64,000 nt of DNA from positions 1 through 64,000 of the forward strand of contig NKIB01012257.1 in assembly GCA_002256025.1 (NCBI GenBank). Direction: 5' to 3'. Numbering within the stretch: position 1 is the first letter of the stretch; each line of letters opens with the position of its first letter. Both the position numbers and the translations under genes were made by a program. The stretch comes from Asterionella formosa. Lineage: Eukaryota. Below, piece by piece: positions 1-12,368 of the stretch. The notes beneath the pieces are model-generated. The model was not told the origin of the DNA, made no database searches, and saw nothing but the letters and a program-made list of their open reading frames with translations.

Positions 1-1224
1 AGTAGGTGAACAAGCAAGGAATCTGCTGGACTGAAGATATATGTGTTAGCCATATCACAGGATTTACTGAAATCAATAAACAAGCTTCCCCTGAGCGTCA
101 ATTGATCATATCTTTGCTGTAAGACTCGAAATGTCGACCTGGCTTGTTAGGATACACAAAGAAGTTTGAATCTTGATGTTTAGTATGTTGTTATCCTTCA
201 TCAATGGGACCACTGGAACTTGAGAGGACATCAACAATGTTAATTCTAATTGGACTCTTTTTGAATTCAAAGTGAAGTATCTAACTAGAAGTAGTAGTAT
301 TTGTTGAATATATGAGCTTATTTGTTAATCCTTGTGTGTAACTCGTTCTCCAAGTCGACACCAAACTATACAATGAGGGTTAGTCGAGTTCTCTCATTAT
401 TGAGTTCTTATACATACATGATATAACACTAACCCTATATACATCTGTATTGATGCGCAAGATCGCTCACCTGGTACCTCGGTACCTGGTACCGGCATAA
501 CAAGCCGCTATGATTGCTGTGTGTACAGTTGACTTCACGAAATATTGTAAGGATGGCGATTACCACCGCCATCGCACGTCGCACCATGTAAAATACAGGA
601 AGGACTTGTACCAGGTACCGGTTGGCAACAAGCAATGCCCGCATCATCAATAATTAACAATCATGCAGTTTTTTTACATGGGGTACCGGCATATATATAC
701 CGATAGTCTAAGGTAGTAGACTAGTAGTAAGTATATATATTTTAGCTACTAGACTTAGCCCAATAGACTATTAAATATATATTTTTAAAAGGGAACAACG
801 TTCAACCCTTTGACCCTGTCGTTGATCGAACGACACATACGAAAGTCCATTAGAGTTGGTCTGGAGATTACAGACCCGAGAGGTGAGCAGTAAAGAGTGA
901 TGGAATGATTACAATCCGTCTCTCAGCGTTGCGTCAAGTCGTAATGTCCCTGCAGCACATGAGTAGCAGTGAGAGCGTTCTATCTGAATTGCCCCGTTGA
1001 GATGCTTATTTCTATTTCATTTACCACGCAATCTCCTGTTTGTCACACTTTCTCGCTCTTTTTATTCTCGCAGAAGCAGCTCTTTTTGCACAACGGGTCA
1101 GTCGACGGCTTCAGTAGCACAGGAGTCGAAAAAGAACGAGAACGAAGCGCTACTCCTATCTTGGAATCTCATTGGCATTTTCCATTGACGTTCACATCTG
1201 CTTTCACCACTTTGTTATACCACC

Positions 1225-4200
1225 ATGTTCGGACAGTCCAACTCCTCTCCTTTTGGGGCACCTCCCTCCTCCACTCCATTTGGATCCAGTGCCAATTCAA
1301 CGCCAGCCTTTGGTTCGCCGACGCCTGCACCGTTTGGAAATTTTGGAGGTGGCAACACAGGAGGAGGATTTGGAGCTCCTGCTCCCGCTCCATTTGGAAG
1401 CAATACCACTGGATTTGGAGCTCCCGCGTCGTCCGCTCCGTTTGGAGGATCCTCTGGAGGTGGGGGGTTTGGTGGAGGTGGCTTCGGAGCACCGACAAAT
1501 ACGAGCCCATTCGGGGCACCTGCACCGAGTAGCGGATTGTTTGGAGCACCAGCACCAGCTCCTTCCGGTGGAATATTCGGTAGTTCCAATGCCGGAGGAG
1601 CTGGATTTGGAGCTTCCGGTGGAAGCACCTTTGGTGGATTTGGAGCCACCAATACTAACACTGGAGGTGGGGTGTTTGGAGCACCAGCTCCATCAGTATT
1701 CGGTTCATCAACCCCTAGTGTTTTTGGTGCACCTGCTCCTGGTGCATTTGGGGCCCCAGCTCCAAGTGCGTTTGGAGCCAATAATCCGAGTGTATTTGGC
1801 GCACCGGCTCCTGGGGCTTTTGGAGCACCCGCAGGTGGTGGATTTGGTGCGCCGGCTCCTACTGCATTCGGGGCTCCAGCTCCAACTGCGTTCGGAGCTA
1901 CTAATTCTAGTGTATTTGGTGCACCCACTCCTGGGGCTTTCGGAGCCCCTACAACCAGTGCGTTTGGAGCACCTGCAACTGGGGGTGGTTTGTTTGGAGC
2001 TCCAGCTCCCGCACCCTCCTTTGGAGGCTTTGGATCGTCACCACCTGCTCCTTCGGGTGGAATGTTTGGGGCTCCAGCACCAACACCTGGTGGAAGTATC
2101 TTTGGATCGCCATCTTCGGGGGGAAACGTTTTTGGAGGAACACCTGCACCATCTGGGGGAGGTTTATTTGGAGCGCCTCAGCAACAACAAGGAGTTGGGG
2201 GTGGTTCCACTGTGGCTCCATACCAAGCGACCTCCCGTCAAGATGGGACGAGCATGATAAGTCTTCACTCTATTTCCGCCATGAATCAGTACGAAAACAA
2301 ATCTTTTGAAGAATTGAGATACGAAGACTATTCCTTGGGCAACAAGGGAGACAGCAGTGGTAACAATACGACGGCTGGTGGGTTTAGTTTCGGAGCTCCA
2401 GCTAGTGGTGGCTTCGGAGCCCCCGCACCGGCTAGTAGTGGATTGTTCGGAGCGCCCGCTGTAACACCCCCTGCATTCGGCGCTCCTACTGCCGGAGCCT
2501 TCGGAGCCCCTGCACCCTCAGGGGGATTTGGTGCCCCTGCTTTTGGTGCTCCTGCTCCTGCCGCTGGAGGATTTGCCTTTGGTGCATCGACTCCAGCACC
2601 AGCATTTGGAGGATTTGGAGCAAAGCCACCAGCTGTATCTGGTGGACTTTTCGGAGCACCTGCTCCTGCACCTTCTGGTGGGTTGTTTGGTGCTCCCGCC
2701 CCTGCTCCTAGCGGAGGATTATTTGGAAGCCCTGCCCCTGCAGCATTTGGTGCCCCTGCATCAGGTGGTCTCTTCGGATCAGCACCAGCTCCTTCCTCAG
2801 GAGGTCTCTTTGGAGGACCTGCTCCCGCATCTGGTGGTTTGTTTGGCTCTCCAGCTCCGGCATTTGGCGGATTCGGATCTAAGGCACCTGCTCCTGGCGG
2901 GGGGCTTTTTGGTGCCCCAGCGCCCTCGAGCGGTCTTTTTGGAGCCGCTCCCGCTGCTGGTGGGGGATTGTTTGGATCGCCAGGTATGTACTTTGTATTC
3001 TTGTTTGTTTCGCTTGGATCTATTGGGCGTGTGTTAACCTCCTTCCTATTATTTAGCTCCCGCACCCGGTGCCTTTGGTGCCCCTCCAGCTTCTGGTGGA
3101 TTGTTCGGCATGGCGGCTCCAGCTCCCACACCTGGTATTTTTGGTGCTCCCACCTCATCGGTACCTCCACAAAATTACTCTGGTGGTTATCCGTATGGTC
3201 CCGCGCCAACCATAATTCCTCCCGCAGCCGATGCGGTGCTGGTACAGCAATTGGCCGCGGTACAGAATCAGCGAAAGGAATTGGAGAAGCTTGATGTATG
3301 GAGGGGGAAATCGCCACAACAATCGAGCGTACTTCCTAGCTCGCTGTCTGAATCAGACGCAGCATTATGGGTTTCGCCTTACAGCACATCTAGTCAAATG
3401 TCGACCTATCGAGCATCGCCGAAATCAGCTGTAAAGATTCGTCCTCGCGGTTTTGGGCAATTAGATGCATCCACTTCGGTCGCCTTGGGGCAATTAGGAA
3501 ATTCATCGCCATTTATGTCCCCTGGAGCTGCGTCATCCGCGAAGCACCTAGTTATCAAGCCAGAGGCCCACACGCCGAAGCCCAGTTTACGATTGCGGCT
3601 TATGGATGGCCCGTCAGGGGATGGTGATGCCAACGGGTTACAACGATTGCCAGCATCGATTACGAGCCCGCCGCCTCAGATGAATGGACTGAACCTGTCT
3701 ACTCCCACACCTTCAGCCGCAAATAAGGAGTCATTGCCATTTGTCAGGAGTCCAATGCTTAGCCCACAAGATGTCCCTACTTCTTCCAAGAATGCGACTC
3801 CGACAAATGGAGCAGGCTTTGATTTTTATCGTCAAGTCGTTGGATCTCCACGACCGTCGGCAAACACAGAAACAAAAAGCTTGGTCCCCAAGTTAACAAA
3901 ACCTGGTTATATCGTAACGCCATCGCTTCAGGAGCTCTCGAAAATGTCGGAAGCTGAGCTAGCAACTGTATCTGGTTTCTCTATTTTGCGAGAAGGATTT
4001 GGAAACGTGGTTTGGGAAGGAGCTGTGGATGTCCGCGGGGTTGACTTGGATGCAGTTGTCAACATCGGCAAAAATGACATTGCAGTTTACGAGCAGCAGG
4101 AACTAGAAGGCACAAAGCCTCCACAGGGGTCAAAGTTGAACCGATCAGCAATACTAACGATTCCACATGTCCTCCCGAAAGGTGGCGATGCGGAAGCAGT

Positions 4201-6757
4201 ATCCAAGTTTACTAATAAGCTGAAAAAAACGACTGCTAAACTTGGAGCTGAGTTTATATCTTATGATTCCTCACTTGGTGAATGGGTATTTCGAGTGAGC
4301 CATTTCAGCAAGTACGGTATCCTAGATGATGACTCTGATGATGAGGTCGAGGAGGAGATATTCCCAGAGAGCATCGCCAGAGATCACCCAAATTTTGAGT
4401 CAGGGGAGCGTGGAGGGCGCTCCCCGGAGAAAGCAAGTGACACAAGAAGCCCGACACGGTTCACGGCACCAACTGATGACAATGATGAAATGAAACAAAA
4501 CGAAAATATTGAAGATGATGAAGTTGCGCTCATATCTGATGTAGAAATGATAACAACCGACTTTAAATTGGAAACAACAGAGGAGCAGATCCTTGAGGCC
4601 GCCAACCACGCATACCAATCTCTTTCATCCCCAGAACTGATGCAGGTTGAAGCTGATTTGGTCGAATATGGGCAAATTGAAAAAGAATTCTTTCCTAACC
4701 AAGATATGAATGTGGATATGTTTATTTGCCCACTTCCTATACCACCAAACCAAGACAGATTGGTCATTTACCGATCACCTGGAATCTGCTCGAGAATAGC
4801 ACAATCTAGAGGCATATCGTTTGCCTCAGAAACAGACTTTGGTTTGCGAATGGGTCGTTCTTTTCGTGTGGGGTGGGGCCCTGATGGTTCTTTTCTCTGC
4901 ATCCGCTCGAATGGCATTGTTATCAAGAGTCGACCGATATTCTCTGAATCCCAAGAGAGGGCCGAAAAGTTACTAGAGGTTCATAGACAATATGCCACCA
5001 AGTCCCTGGATGCCTCCGAGGAGTTGCCTTGTTTTATTCTGAGTAATGAAAAGTCCATCCTGAGTGATGCTTCGGATGCATACTCGCAATCCATTTCGTC
5101 ACTAGACAACGGAGGATCAGTTGCAAAACAAGCATTTGCCTTGATATCCACATTCTTACAAGAAGCAGTAAATTTATCGAGCAACTCATTCATGCTAACT
5201 GATTTCGCCGAGAATAGCCGGGAAATGGTGCGAATTAGAAATAGCCAGGAAGCATTCAAGGGATGGATGCGAGAAGCGTGTTCACAAGGCTCAAAAGCTG
5301 CTGTGCGAAAGGCCGAACAACGACACGATGCTATGGGTGCGGTGTTTGCTGCACTGTCATCTGGAAATCTTGAATCAGCGACAAGTTTGGCGTCAAAATA
5401 CGGCTACCACCAGCTTGCCGCTATGATCGCTGTGGGACCTGCTGGTGCAGAATTTGTGAAAGATCAGGTGAGACAATGGCAAGTGGCGGGGAACTCAAAG
5501 TTCATAGCAGACGATATTCTCAGAGTTTACACGCTCTTGGGTGGCAACTTGAAAGTGGAAGAAGAACTCTACAGAGGAGGAGACCACTCTGTTGATTGGA
5601 AACGAAGACTAGGAATGTTGCTATTCTACACTTGCGATAATGACGGTGGTGTATTTGATTTCGAGAGACTTGTAGATATGTATCAGGTCAGCGTTGATCG
5701 CGGAGTTGCACCTAAGCCTCAATCGGAATTTTGTAAAAACGATGAAACATGTTTGCTTTACAGACTTATCAGTATCGGCAATCCAATAGTCAGAGGTGAA
5801 CATTCAATCAAGTATTCTATGGCTGATGTGATCTCACCAACGAGTCACGCGATCTATCCACAAGATTTCGCAGCTTCGTTCCATCTTGCAGTTGCTCTGT
5901 CTGCGATCGGATGTTGTTCGCCTCTCTCGGAAACAGAGCAGGTCAAACTCTATGATGGATATGCGGCGCAACTGATAAGTACTGGGCAATGGGAACTTGC
6001 TGTATATGTGATGCTTTGTTCGCTTGGTGAGAAGCACTCGCACTTTGATGTCTGGCGGTATGCTCGAGCGAAGCAATTTGTGCTTAGTCACTATAACTCA
6101 ACTGCTGAGCCAAAACGTGATTTCTTGGTAAAGATAGGATTGCCGGGCGCGTGGTTTGACGAATGCCTCGCTACTCAGGCTGCAATGTGTGGCGATGCTT
6201 TCGCTTTTATCAACCACGCTATTAAGTTTGCGCCTGACGATGCCAGAGTTGTCCTAGAAGAAACAGTGGTCCCTTCTCTCCTCTTCCGAAACGCCAAGGA
6301 AACCTTGAAGAGTCTAGAGTTGTTGCGATACTTTGCATCTGATGATGATACACTTTCTGCATCAATTTTGCATTACTTCCGTTTGTGTGAAAGCGTTATG
6401 TTGGTCGGCGATTTCATTCCTTGTGAAAAAGAGCAGCAAATAAATTCGTTAGTGAAATCCGCCAGCAACTTGAAGAAGAAATTTACTCGCTACAAAACCC
6501 ATGCCATTAATGGCTTGTCAGGGTATAAATTGTTCCCCGGCGCACCAGTTTCAATGAATTCATTTCTTGCGGAGGTTCTCTCGGGCTTGAATTTTGTGAA
6601 CCTTCAGTTGTCTGCACTTCAAGCTGGCGAGTCGATTTGGGACGAAGAAGTTCGACATGTTCCAATGAAACTGGCCTCTCAACTCACTGCGGGGTCGGGC
6701 AAGGCAGTATACCAAGGTGCTCTCGCGAAAGATCAACAGATCAGGGGATTAATTTAG
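1225..6757 (+). CDS. NUP98: Nup98-Nup96 nucleoporin precursor; exons 1225-2983 and 3057-6757 (intron 2984-3056), ~1819 aa
   Basis: Long FG/GLFG-repeat N-terminus. GLEBS-like segment SISAMNQYENKSFEELRYEDY. Autopeptidase domain ending WVFRVSHF/SKYG (HFS at 4301-4309). Nup96 motif MGRSFRVGWGPDG. A GTATGT...TTTAG intron joins the two ORFs in frame. Confidence 0.95.
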
Positions 6758-6792
6758 AGACTAATGGAAATAGATAATATTCAGTGACGTTA

Positions 6793-7473
6793 TCAGGAGT
6801 ACCAATCCTTCGCCCAGTCGGGATATGGTCGCTGTAGTCTATAGTTAAGTAGCAACTCATCGCCGGGGTTGATATTTCTTGTGGCATAGAAAGCTGCCCC
6901 GGAAAGGGAATTCAGATTTATATGGGTTTCATTCAAGCGTACTACTTCATTCATTTGACTGTCAAAATACCATGGTGATCCATCCAATCGCATTGTATTT
7001 GGCAGCGGAAAATGTGTCGTTCTTGATTTCCCGGTCCCCGAGTTTTCAAGGACTAACCTCCATTGGAAATTTAAAACGTCGACGTTAGCATGTGTAGAAC
7101 TGTGATTGACTAAATGACCACAGGCCGATGGATTTGTGTCCATCCTTTCGTTAAAACCTGTCACTAGCGCTTCGCCATCCAAAAAACCACCACTAGGCTG
7201 AAGATTTAAGATGTACGCACACTCTTCCATTTTGTGACCAGTTGGAGACTCGATATTCGCTAGAAACACGTCTTCGTCTGAAGAAAAAGACGGAAGTGGA
7301 GGTGTGTACACACCTGGATATAGACAAAGGATGCAACCCTGTTTAATTTCTGCACCTGCAAAAACGCCGTGGCCTGCTCCCTCCAACTGACTGACTTGAA
7401 TGTTTACCAAGCACTCGTGATCCCTTTCAAGGAGCTTTACTATCTGATTTATAAGCGTACGGCTGGGTTTCAT
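6793..7473 (-). CDS. SET-domain lysine methyltransferase (SETD9-like); start could be upstream at 7617
   Basis: SET motifs GAGHGVFA, LCLYPGVY, GHLVNHS and ATRNINPGDELLLNY. Confidence 0.85.
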   Translation of the reverse strand: MKPSRTLINQIVKLLERDHECLVNIQVSQLEGAGHGVFAGAEIKQGCILCLYPGVYTPPLPSFSSDEDVFLANIESPTGHKMEECAYILNLQPSGGFLDGEALVTGFNERMDTNPSACGHLVNHSSTHANVDVLNFQWRLVLENSGTGKSRTTHFPLPNTMRLDGSPWYFDSQMNEVVRLNETHINLNSLSGAAFYATRNINPGDELLLNYRLQRPYPDWAKDWYS

Positions 7474-7699
7474 TATTGATCGAGGATAGGTCGTGAGAAA
7501 GGAAATGGTGATGGCACACACCCCATGGCCCAATGGTATCCTTGCTTGTGATCCACGATAGAATAATAACGGCAAAATTGAACTGACAAAAACGCTTATT
7601 TTTATGACCACAGCCATGTACTAATATCTAGCGAGTAGATGATGTGATAGAAGTTCTCCTTATGTACGACTTTTTCAATTGATCCCGTAGTTCTTGACA

Positions 7700-8490
7700 A
7701 AGTAATTAAGTTCTGCTATGCATCCCGCCTTGAGCACATTCCCTCAAATGTATTATAGTTCATCATATGGGGCAACCCTGAAGATATTTGCCAGTACCAT
7801 ACATAGTATAATCCAATGCCCTTGAGACTAAAATTACTGGTAGTCTGCCTAGTCACCAGACTAAAACTCCAAAGGGAATTGGCATAAAAATTCTGATAAG
7901 GAATGAAATGTGTTGCAGGTGCTCCAGAATCTGAATCTTTTCTGTAAACATGAAGTGCTCCACATGAATCACTACAGCAAAAAACAAAGGCAGGAGGCAG
8001 GACTCCCCCTTGTTCTTGTCTTCATCTGGTGCCTCACTTCGTCCTTTATTTGCAACTTGTTTGAACATGATAGTTGCATCTCAATTGAAAACCAATCGAA
8101 ATATCAAAAAATTTACCTCATATTTATATTTTTCCAAATCTAATAAATATTCCCTCCTATTATGGCACCAGCTTGCAAAACCCATTTGGCGTCAGAATGT
8201 CAGCCATCATCAATAAAATCTTGTTCCCAAAAAATGGACCTTAAACCAATTCTTACTTGCTGCTTCGATTGCCAATAATCACAAAATAATATAGAATTGA
8301 TGGAAGAAATTTTCAGTGCGTGAATTCTTATTTTCTTTGCTCAAAATCCTCATAAGAGGGATACTGGTGATGGAAATAATGAAAGGTGGTGTGGCCAGCT
8401 CATTGTAGCAAATCCAGGTGTCCACAAAAGTAAAATTCGTGCAAACAGGACTCTTCTCGTTCAGGTGTGTATGCATGCTGTAATAATCTG
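7700..8490 (-). pseudogene. Decayed transposase-like relic, possibly Plavaka-type
   Basis: Broken reading frames (…ENFFHQFYIIL…, LQHISF…IPFG) in CpG-poor DNA. The family assignment is tentative. Confidence 0.25.
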
Positions 8491-8519
8491 ATGGGATGAA
8501 TGGTTTTAGTGGTTACTTA

Positions 8520-8740
8520 CTAATTTACTGGCAATCATTTCTGATCAGAAGGTGTGATCTGTAGTAAAAAAAGTTCGATTATTATATCCTATGCGTCAAA
8601 TTTTTTAAGTAGTGGGATAGATTGATAGCAAAGAAAAGAACTAAATATTGAAAATCGGTTATCTAATTTTACTGGCAATCATTTCTAACCAGAAAATATG
8701 ATATTAAATCAATAAAGTTTGATTTGTATATCCTATATGT
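8520..8740. repeat. Diverged direct repeat (two ~75-bp copies about 143 bp apart)
   Basis: CTAATTT(T)ACTGGCAATCATTTCT…AAAGTT.GATT…TATATCCTAT occurs at ~8520 and ~8662. Confidence 0.75.
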
Positions 8741-9608
8741 TCGATCAAAAAATATTGATCAAATGATCAACAGTATCATTGATATGAGAAAATGAACTAT
8801 CAAAATTATTTATGAAGTATGGCTTGAGTCGGTCCTACAAGCGAGGTGCTACTACTCGTGTGAGGAATCAAGGAGTAGACTGGTGACGGAGGAAAGAAGC
8901 AAGTGCAAACAAGGGAGGAAATCCTCTTATCTTGCTTGATGATGGATTGTTAGTCAAACCAATGTAAAAAGTAGTTTGCCTTTAATTTTGACTCTTCTAA
9001 CCATGTATACTCACATACAAGCAGAGACCACTTCGGGTTTGTCTTGCCTTCAGCATATACACTCATGTGCTGCCAAGCTAAGAAGGTTGGAAGAAAGGTG
9101 CTTGAAACTTCTGGGGAGCTCGAAAGAATTGGGATTCCTGCTGACCAACCAGAATCAGGCGCTGATGAGTCAGAATGATTGAAAGATTCATCTCTCATGC
9201 CAAAGAATCAAAATAGGGCTTCAAGGACTGACTACAAATGTTAACTGCTATTAAAACAGATATAATCTGTAGCACGACTTAAATAAAGGGTTGGAATACC
9301 GGTACCTGGTGCCGGTAGTGAATTTCGTGTGGGTCAGCCAATCTACCATACGTAGTCGTACGAATGTACGACCATTCTCCCTACCGGTACCAGGTACTAT
9401 AGTCCCTGTAAGCTAGATACGGCTGCTGAGTTCTGCAACAAGCCGAAGACGGCGTGATACAAACGTTCTCGTCCTTCGTTTTCTCACCTGCTTCCATCGT
9501 CCTGCATTTTTCATTCATGATGCATACCGGTAGTACTCAGATAAAAGTTATTAATTCTATTAAAATTCGTCGAGAAAAACTGGAACCTATAAATCGCATC
9601 ATCAAATT

Positions 9609-11159
9609 ATGGGGAACAAGGTGTCCATGTCCATAGCTCTTGATCACGAAACGCGAAATGTTAGAGCTGGCAACCCCCTGACCGGAAAAGTAGTTGTCGA
9701 GGTCGTCCGGGGGAACGTTCAAGGCCACGAAGTCCGGCTTGATGTTGTTGGAAGGGAAAAAATCAGTATGGGGCGTGCTCAGCAAGATGAACATGAGATA
9801 GTTCGTATATCCACAGTCCTGTCTGATCTTCGAGGCCATCGCCTAGCACGTGGGAAGTTTGAATATCCCTTCTCGCTGGAGTTGCCTGAATTCTTACCGT
9901 CAAGCATGACATCTTCAATTGCAGGAGACGGCCTAGATAGGCATGGATGTAAGGTTGTTTACGATGTCGCATCTACTTTGGGAGGACTTTTCTGTGACAA
10001 GGTTTTCATTGTTCAAGCGGCTCCGTCGCCAATTTCGGGTATTCCATTTCTTGTTGAACCCAAGACACAGATCATCAAGGCTGCTGGTGTCTTAGAAAAA
10101 GGATCCGTTACGTTTGGTGCTTATGTATATGATTCCTACGTTGGTAAGGGCGAAGGGCTAAAGATGGCGATCGCTGCAATCAATAACAGTACGGTAGAAT
10201 TGAGAGTGGAACTCAAGGTGGTGGAGCGCATTGAATGGAAAGGCTCTACCGAGAAATCTACGAACCATATTAAGAATACTTTGGTTATCAAGAATAATGT
10301 TTCCCTGCCGGGTCTACGCACTGAAAAGTGCACAAGGAAGCAGGTCTTACATGAAGGCACGGTGAAGGATCGCAGCAATAGAAATGCTGATGCAATCTTA
10401 TCCAGCTTGCAAACGGGAGAAAGTGTCATCACTCTTACGATCCCAAAGGTGGCCCGTGACACATACCTGGGTGAAAGGATGAGCGTCTCTCATTACGTCA
10501 AAATTAAACTAATGACCAAGACGAGATTGGTGGAAAATGTCGATACAAAGATTCCAATATTCATCTGTACACCGCGCAACGAAGTCCCAACCGTTGCTCA
10601 AGCTCGTCTGGTGCCTACCATTCCTCATTTTCAAAGCGAGGAATGCCCTATTGCAACACCGATTGCAACTCCTATTCCGATTCCACCCGGTGTGGATAGC
10701 CCACCTAGTGGAGCATCAAGTGTAAACAATGGCTCCCTCCAAAGGCGTGACATAGAGGACGTCGGTGTCCTTCCACCTCCCACCGCTCCCACACTATCGA
10801 ATCTTTTGGCGGAACTTTCGAATACGTCAAATGCCTATGATGTTATTTCCAAAAATTTGAACTATCCGGCATGGCAGCATGCCTTGTTTTCATACCTTTC
10901 CCCTTCTGACTTTGGTTCCATTCTGAACCATGTCAGTTCTGATGGGCCGCGCATTGCCTCGTTGATGGCCGCCAATGTAATGAACTTTACATGTGAACAT
11001 ACTGTACAAGGTCTTCGAAACACTGGTTCTGCCTACCGACTTTTGCTCCTGGAATATGTACTTCCCTTTTGCTCTGACTTGCCAACTAACGATTACATGA
11101 TTCGAGAAGAACTTACAGATTGGGAGTGGTCTGAAGCAATGGCTCAATTTGGTGCGTGA
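9609..11159 (+). CDS. Arrestin/Vps26-fold N-terminal domain protein, 516 aa
   Basis: Arrestin_N-type signature AGNPLTGKVVV…LARGKFEYPFSLELPEFLPSSM…CKVVYDV. Pro-rich linker, helical C-terminus and an MGNKVS N-terminus. Confidence 0.8.
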   Translation: MGNKVSMSIALDHETRNVRAGNPLTGKVVVEVVRGNVQGHEVRLDVVGREKISMGRAQQDEHEIVRISTVLSDLRGHRLARGKFEYPFSLELPEFLPSSMTSSIAGDGLDRHGCKVVYDVASTLGGLFCDKVFIVQAAPSPISGIPFLVEPKTQIIKAAGVLEKGSVTFGAYVYDSYVGKGEGLKMAIAAINNSTVELRVELKVVERIEWKGSTEKSTNHIKNTLVIKNNVSLPGLRTEKCTRKQVLHEGTVKDRSNRNADAILSSLQTGESVITLTIPKVARDTYLGERMSVSHYVKIKLMTKTRLVENVDTKIPIFICTPRNEVPTVAQARLVPTIPHFQSEECPIATPIATPIPIPPGVDSPPSGASSVNNGSLQRRDIEDVGVLPPPTAPTLSNLLAELSNTSNAYDVISKNLNYPAWQHALFSYLSPSDFGSILNHVSSDGPRIASLMAANVMNFTCEHTVQGLRNTGSAYRLLLLEYVLPFCSDLPTNDYMIREELTDWEWSEAMAQFGA

Positions 11160-11336
11160 TTTGTGAGAATATATATAATATTACATATTTTGCTTTCAGA
11201 AAACAAGGGGTATGGCTATAAGCAACTATAGATCGTCGCATGAAGCTTAGTCTCCATAATGATTCAACTATCGTTCACGTTGACCTTCCTCCATATGGGT
11301 GAGAACAAACACACGACACCTCGAAGTGCATTTCTC

Positions 11337-12368
11337 TCAATCAAAATCAGTATGTTCCATATGCAAGTTTGGCCACTTACTTCCATTTGGCGGAAAGTCC
11401 TTTTCCAGGGAGGAATGTTCTGGATCCCGCAATGTAAAATACAACAATACCCGACGAGTGGACTCCGATATATTTGGTCCACCGCAATGCAATGTTCTCG
11501 AGTCCATGATTGCAACTTCACCCTTTCGCAAGGATGCTTTGCGGTAGTCACACGACATGGAGAAGGCTTCGTCCAAGTTGTTGTGCTTGTCGTGAGAATC
11601 TTGCGTATTGGTCAATGGCAGGAACCATGTCGGTCCCATGTCTTCATTCACATCTTGAAGGGCAACAAAGCAAGAATAGAGGACTGCCTTTGGTGTAAAC
11701 TTGGAGTCGGGATGAATTGGCTGACGAAAGGAACCAGGGTCTGAGATGAGTGCTGAAAACTCGTGAAAGACCGCCGGGATGCCTGAAAACAGTTCTGTAA
11801 ATAGACTCTCCAGGGCAGATCCATGGCACAACATTTCATGCAAGGCGTCATTGAAGACTCCGTCGTTTTGGAGGTACATATCATATCGACAAGCTCGAGA
11901 GTGCACCTTTCCAAATCCGTTGCAGTCATACATGGCAGTTTCCTCGTTGTGGTCGGCGACAAGAAGTTCTGCGTTGATTCGTTTCAAGCATTCATCGCAT
12001 AGGTCTGAGGAAAGGACAGATTCGAGTCTTACAATTCCATCCGAGATTAAAATGGCAGCAGGCGTTCCTCTTGTTTGGTCCTTTGCCGTATACTCCAGTT
12101 CCTCCAGTACTTGGTTGTCGATTCTCTTTTCGCGGGCAGCGCTCACTGCTTCTTTCTGTTCTTCAAGCCTTCGGAACGTTTCGGCAATGACGTTATTGTT
12201 CTTTGCAGTAATGATGGGAGGCGCATCGTCCTCGGGCTCGTCTGTGAGGAGCATATCTTTCCCGTGCATAAACTGAAGAAGAGCAGCCAATGTGTCGCCC
12301 GAGAGGTCATCATGAATGTTCACGTTGTCTTCGCCGGAAGCGGAATCGTCTTCATGATCAGCTATCAT
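11337..12368 (-). CDS. PhyH-family Fe(II)/2-oxoglutarate dioxygenase
   Basis: RQPIHPD (HxD), FVALQDV..DMGPTWFLP, MDSRTLHCGGPN…RRVLLYFT. Confidence 0.88.
   Translation of the reverse strand: MIADHEDDSASGEDNVNIHDDLSGDTLAALLQFMHGKDMLLTDEPEDDAPPIITAKNNNVIAETFRRLEEQKEAVSAAREKRIDNQVLEELEYTAKDQTRGTPAAILISDGIVRLESVLSSDLCDECLKRINAELLVADHNEETAMYDCNGFGKVHSRACRYDMYLQNDGVFNDALHEMLCHGSALESLFTELFSGIPAVFHEFSALISDPGSFRQPIHPDSKFTPKAVLYSCFVALQDVNEDMGPTWFLPLTNTQDSHDKHNNLDEAFSMSCDYRKASLRKGEVAIMDSRTLHCGGPNISESTRRVLLYFTLRDPEHSSLEKDFPPNGSKWPNLHMEHTDFD

Noticed and set aside
969..3317. Long overlapping and antisense ORFs (1172-2257, 1215-1928, 2328-3317 and others)
   Set aside because: By-products of the GC-rich, low-complexity FG-repeat coding sequence of Nup98.
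9150..9215. Hammerhead-like CTGATGAGTCAGAATGATTGAAA
   Set aside because: There is an extra base before GAAA and no stem III partner ending in UH, so the core cannot be completed.
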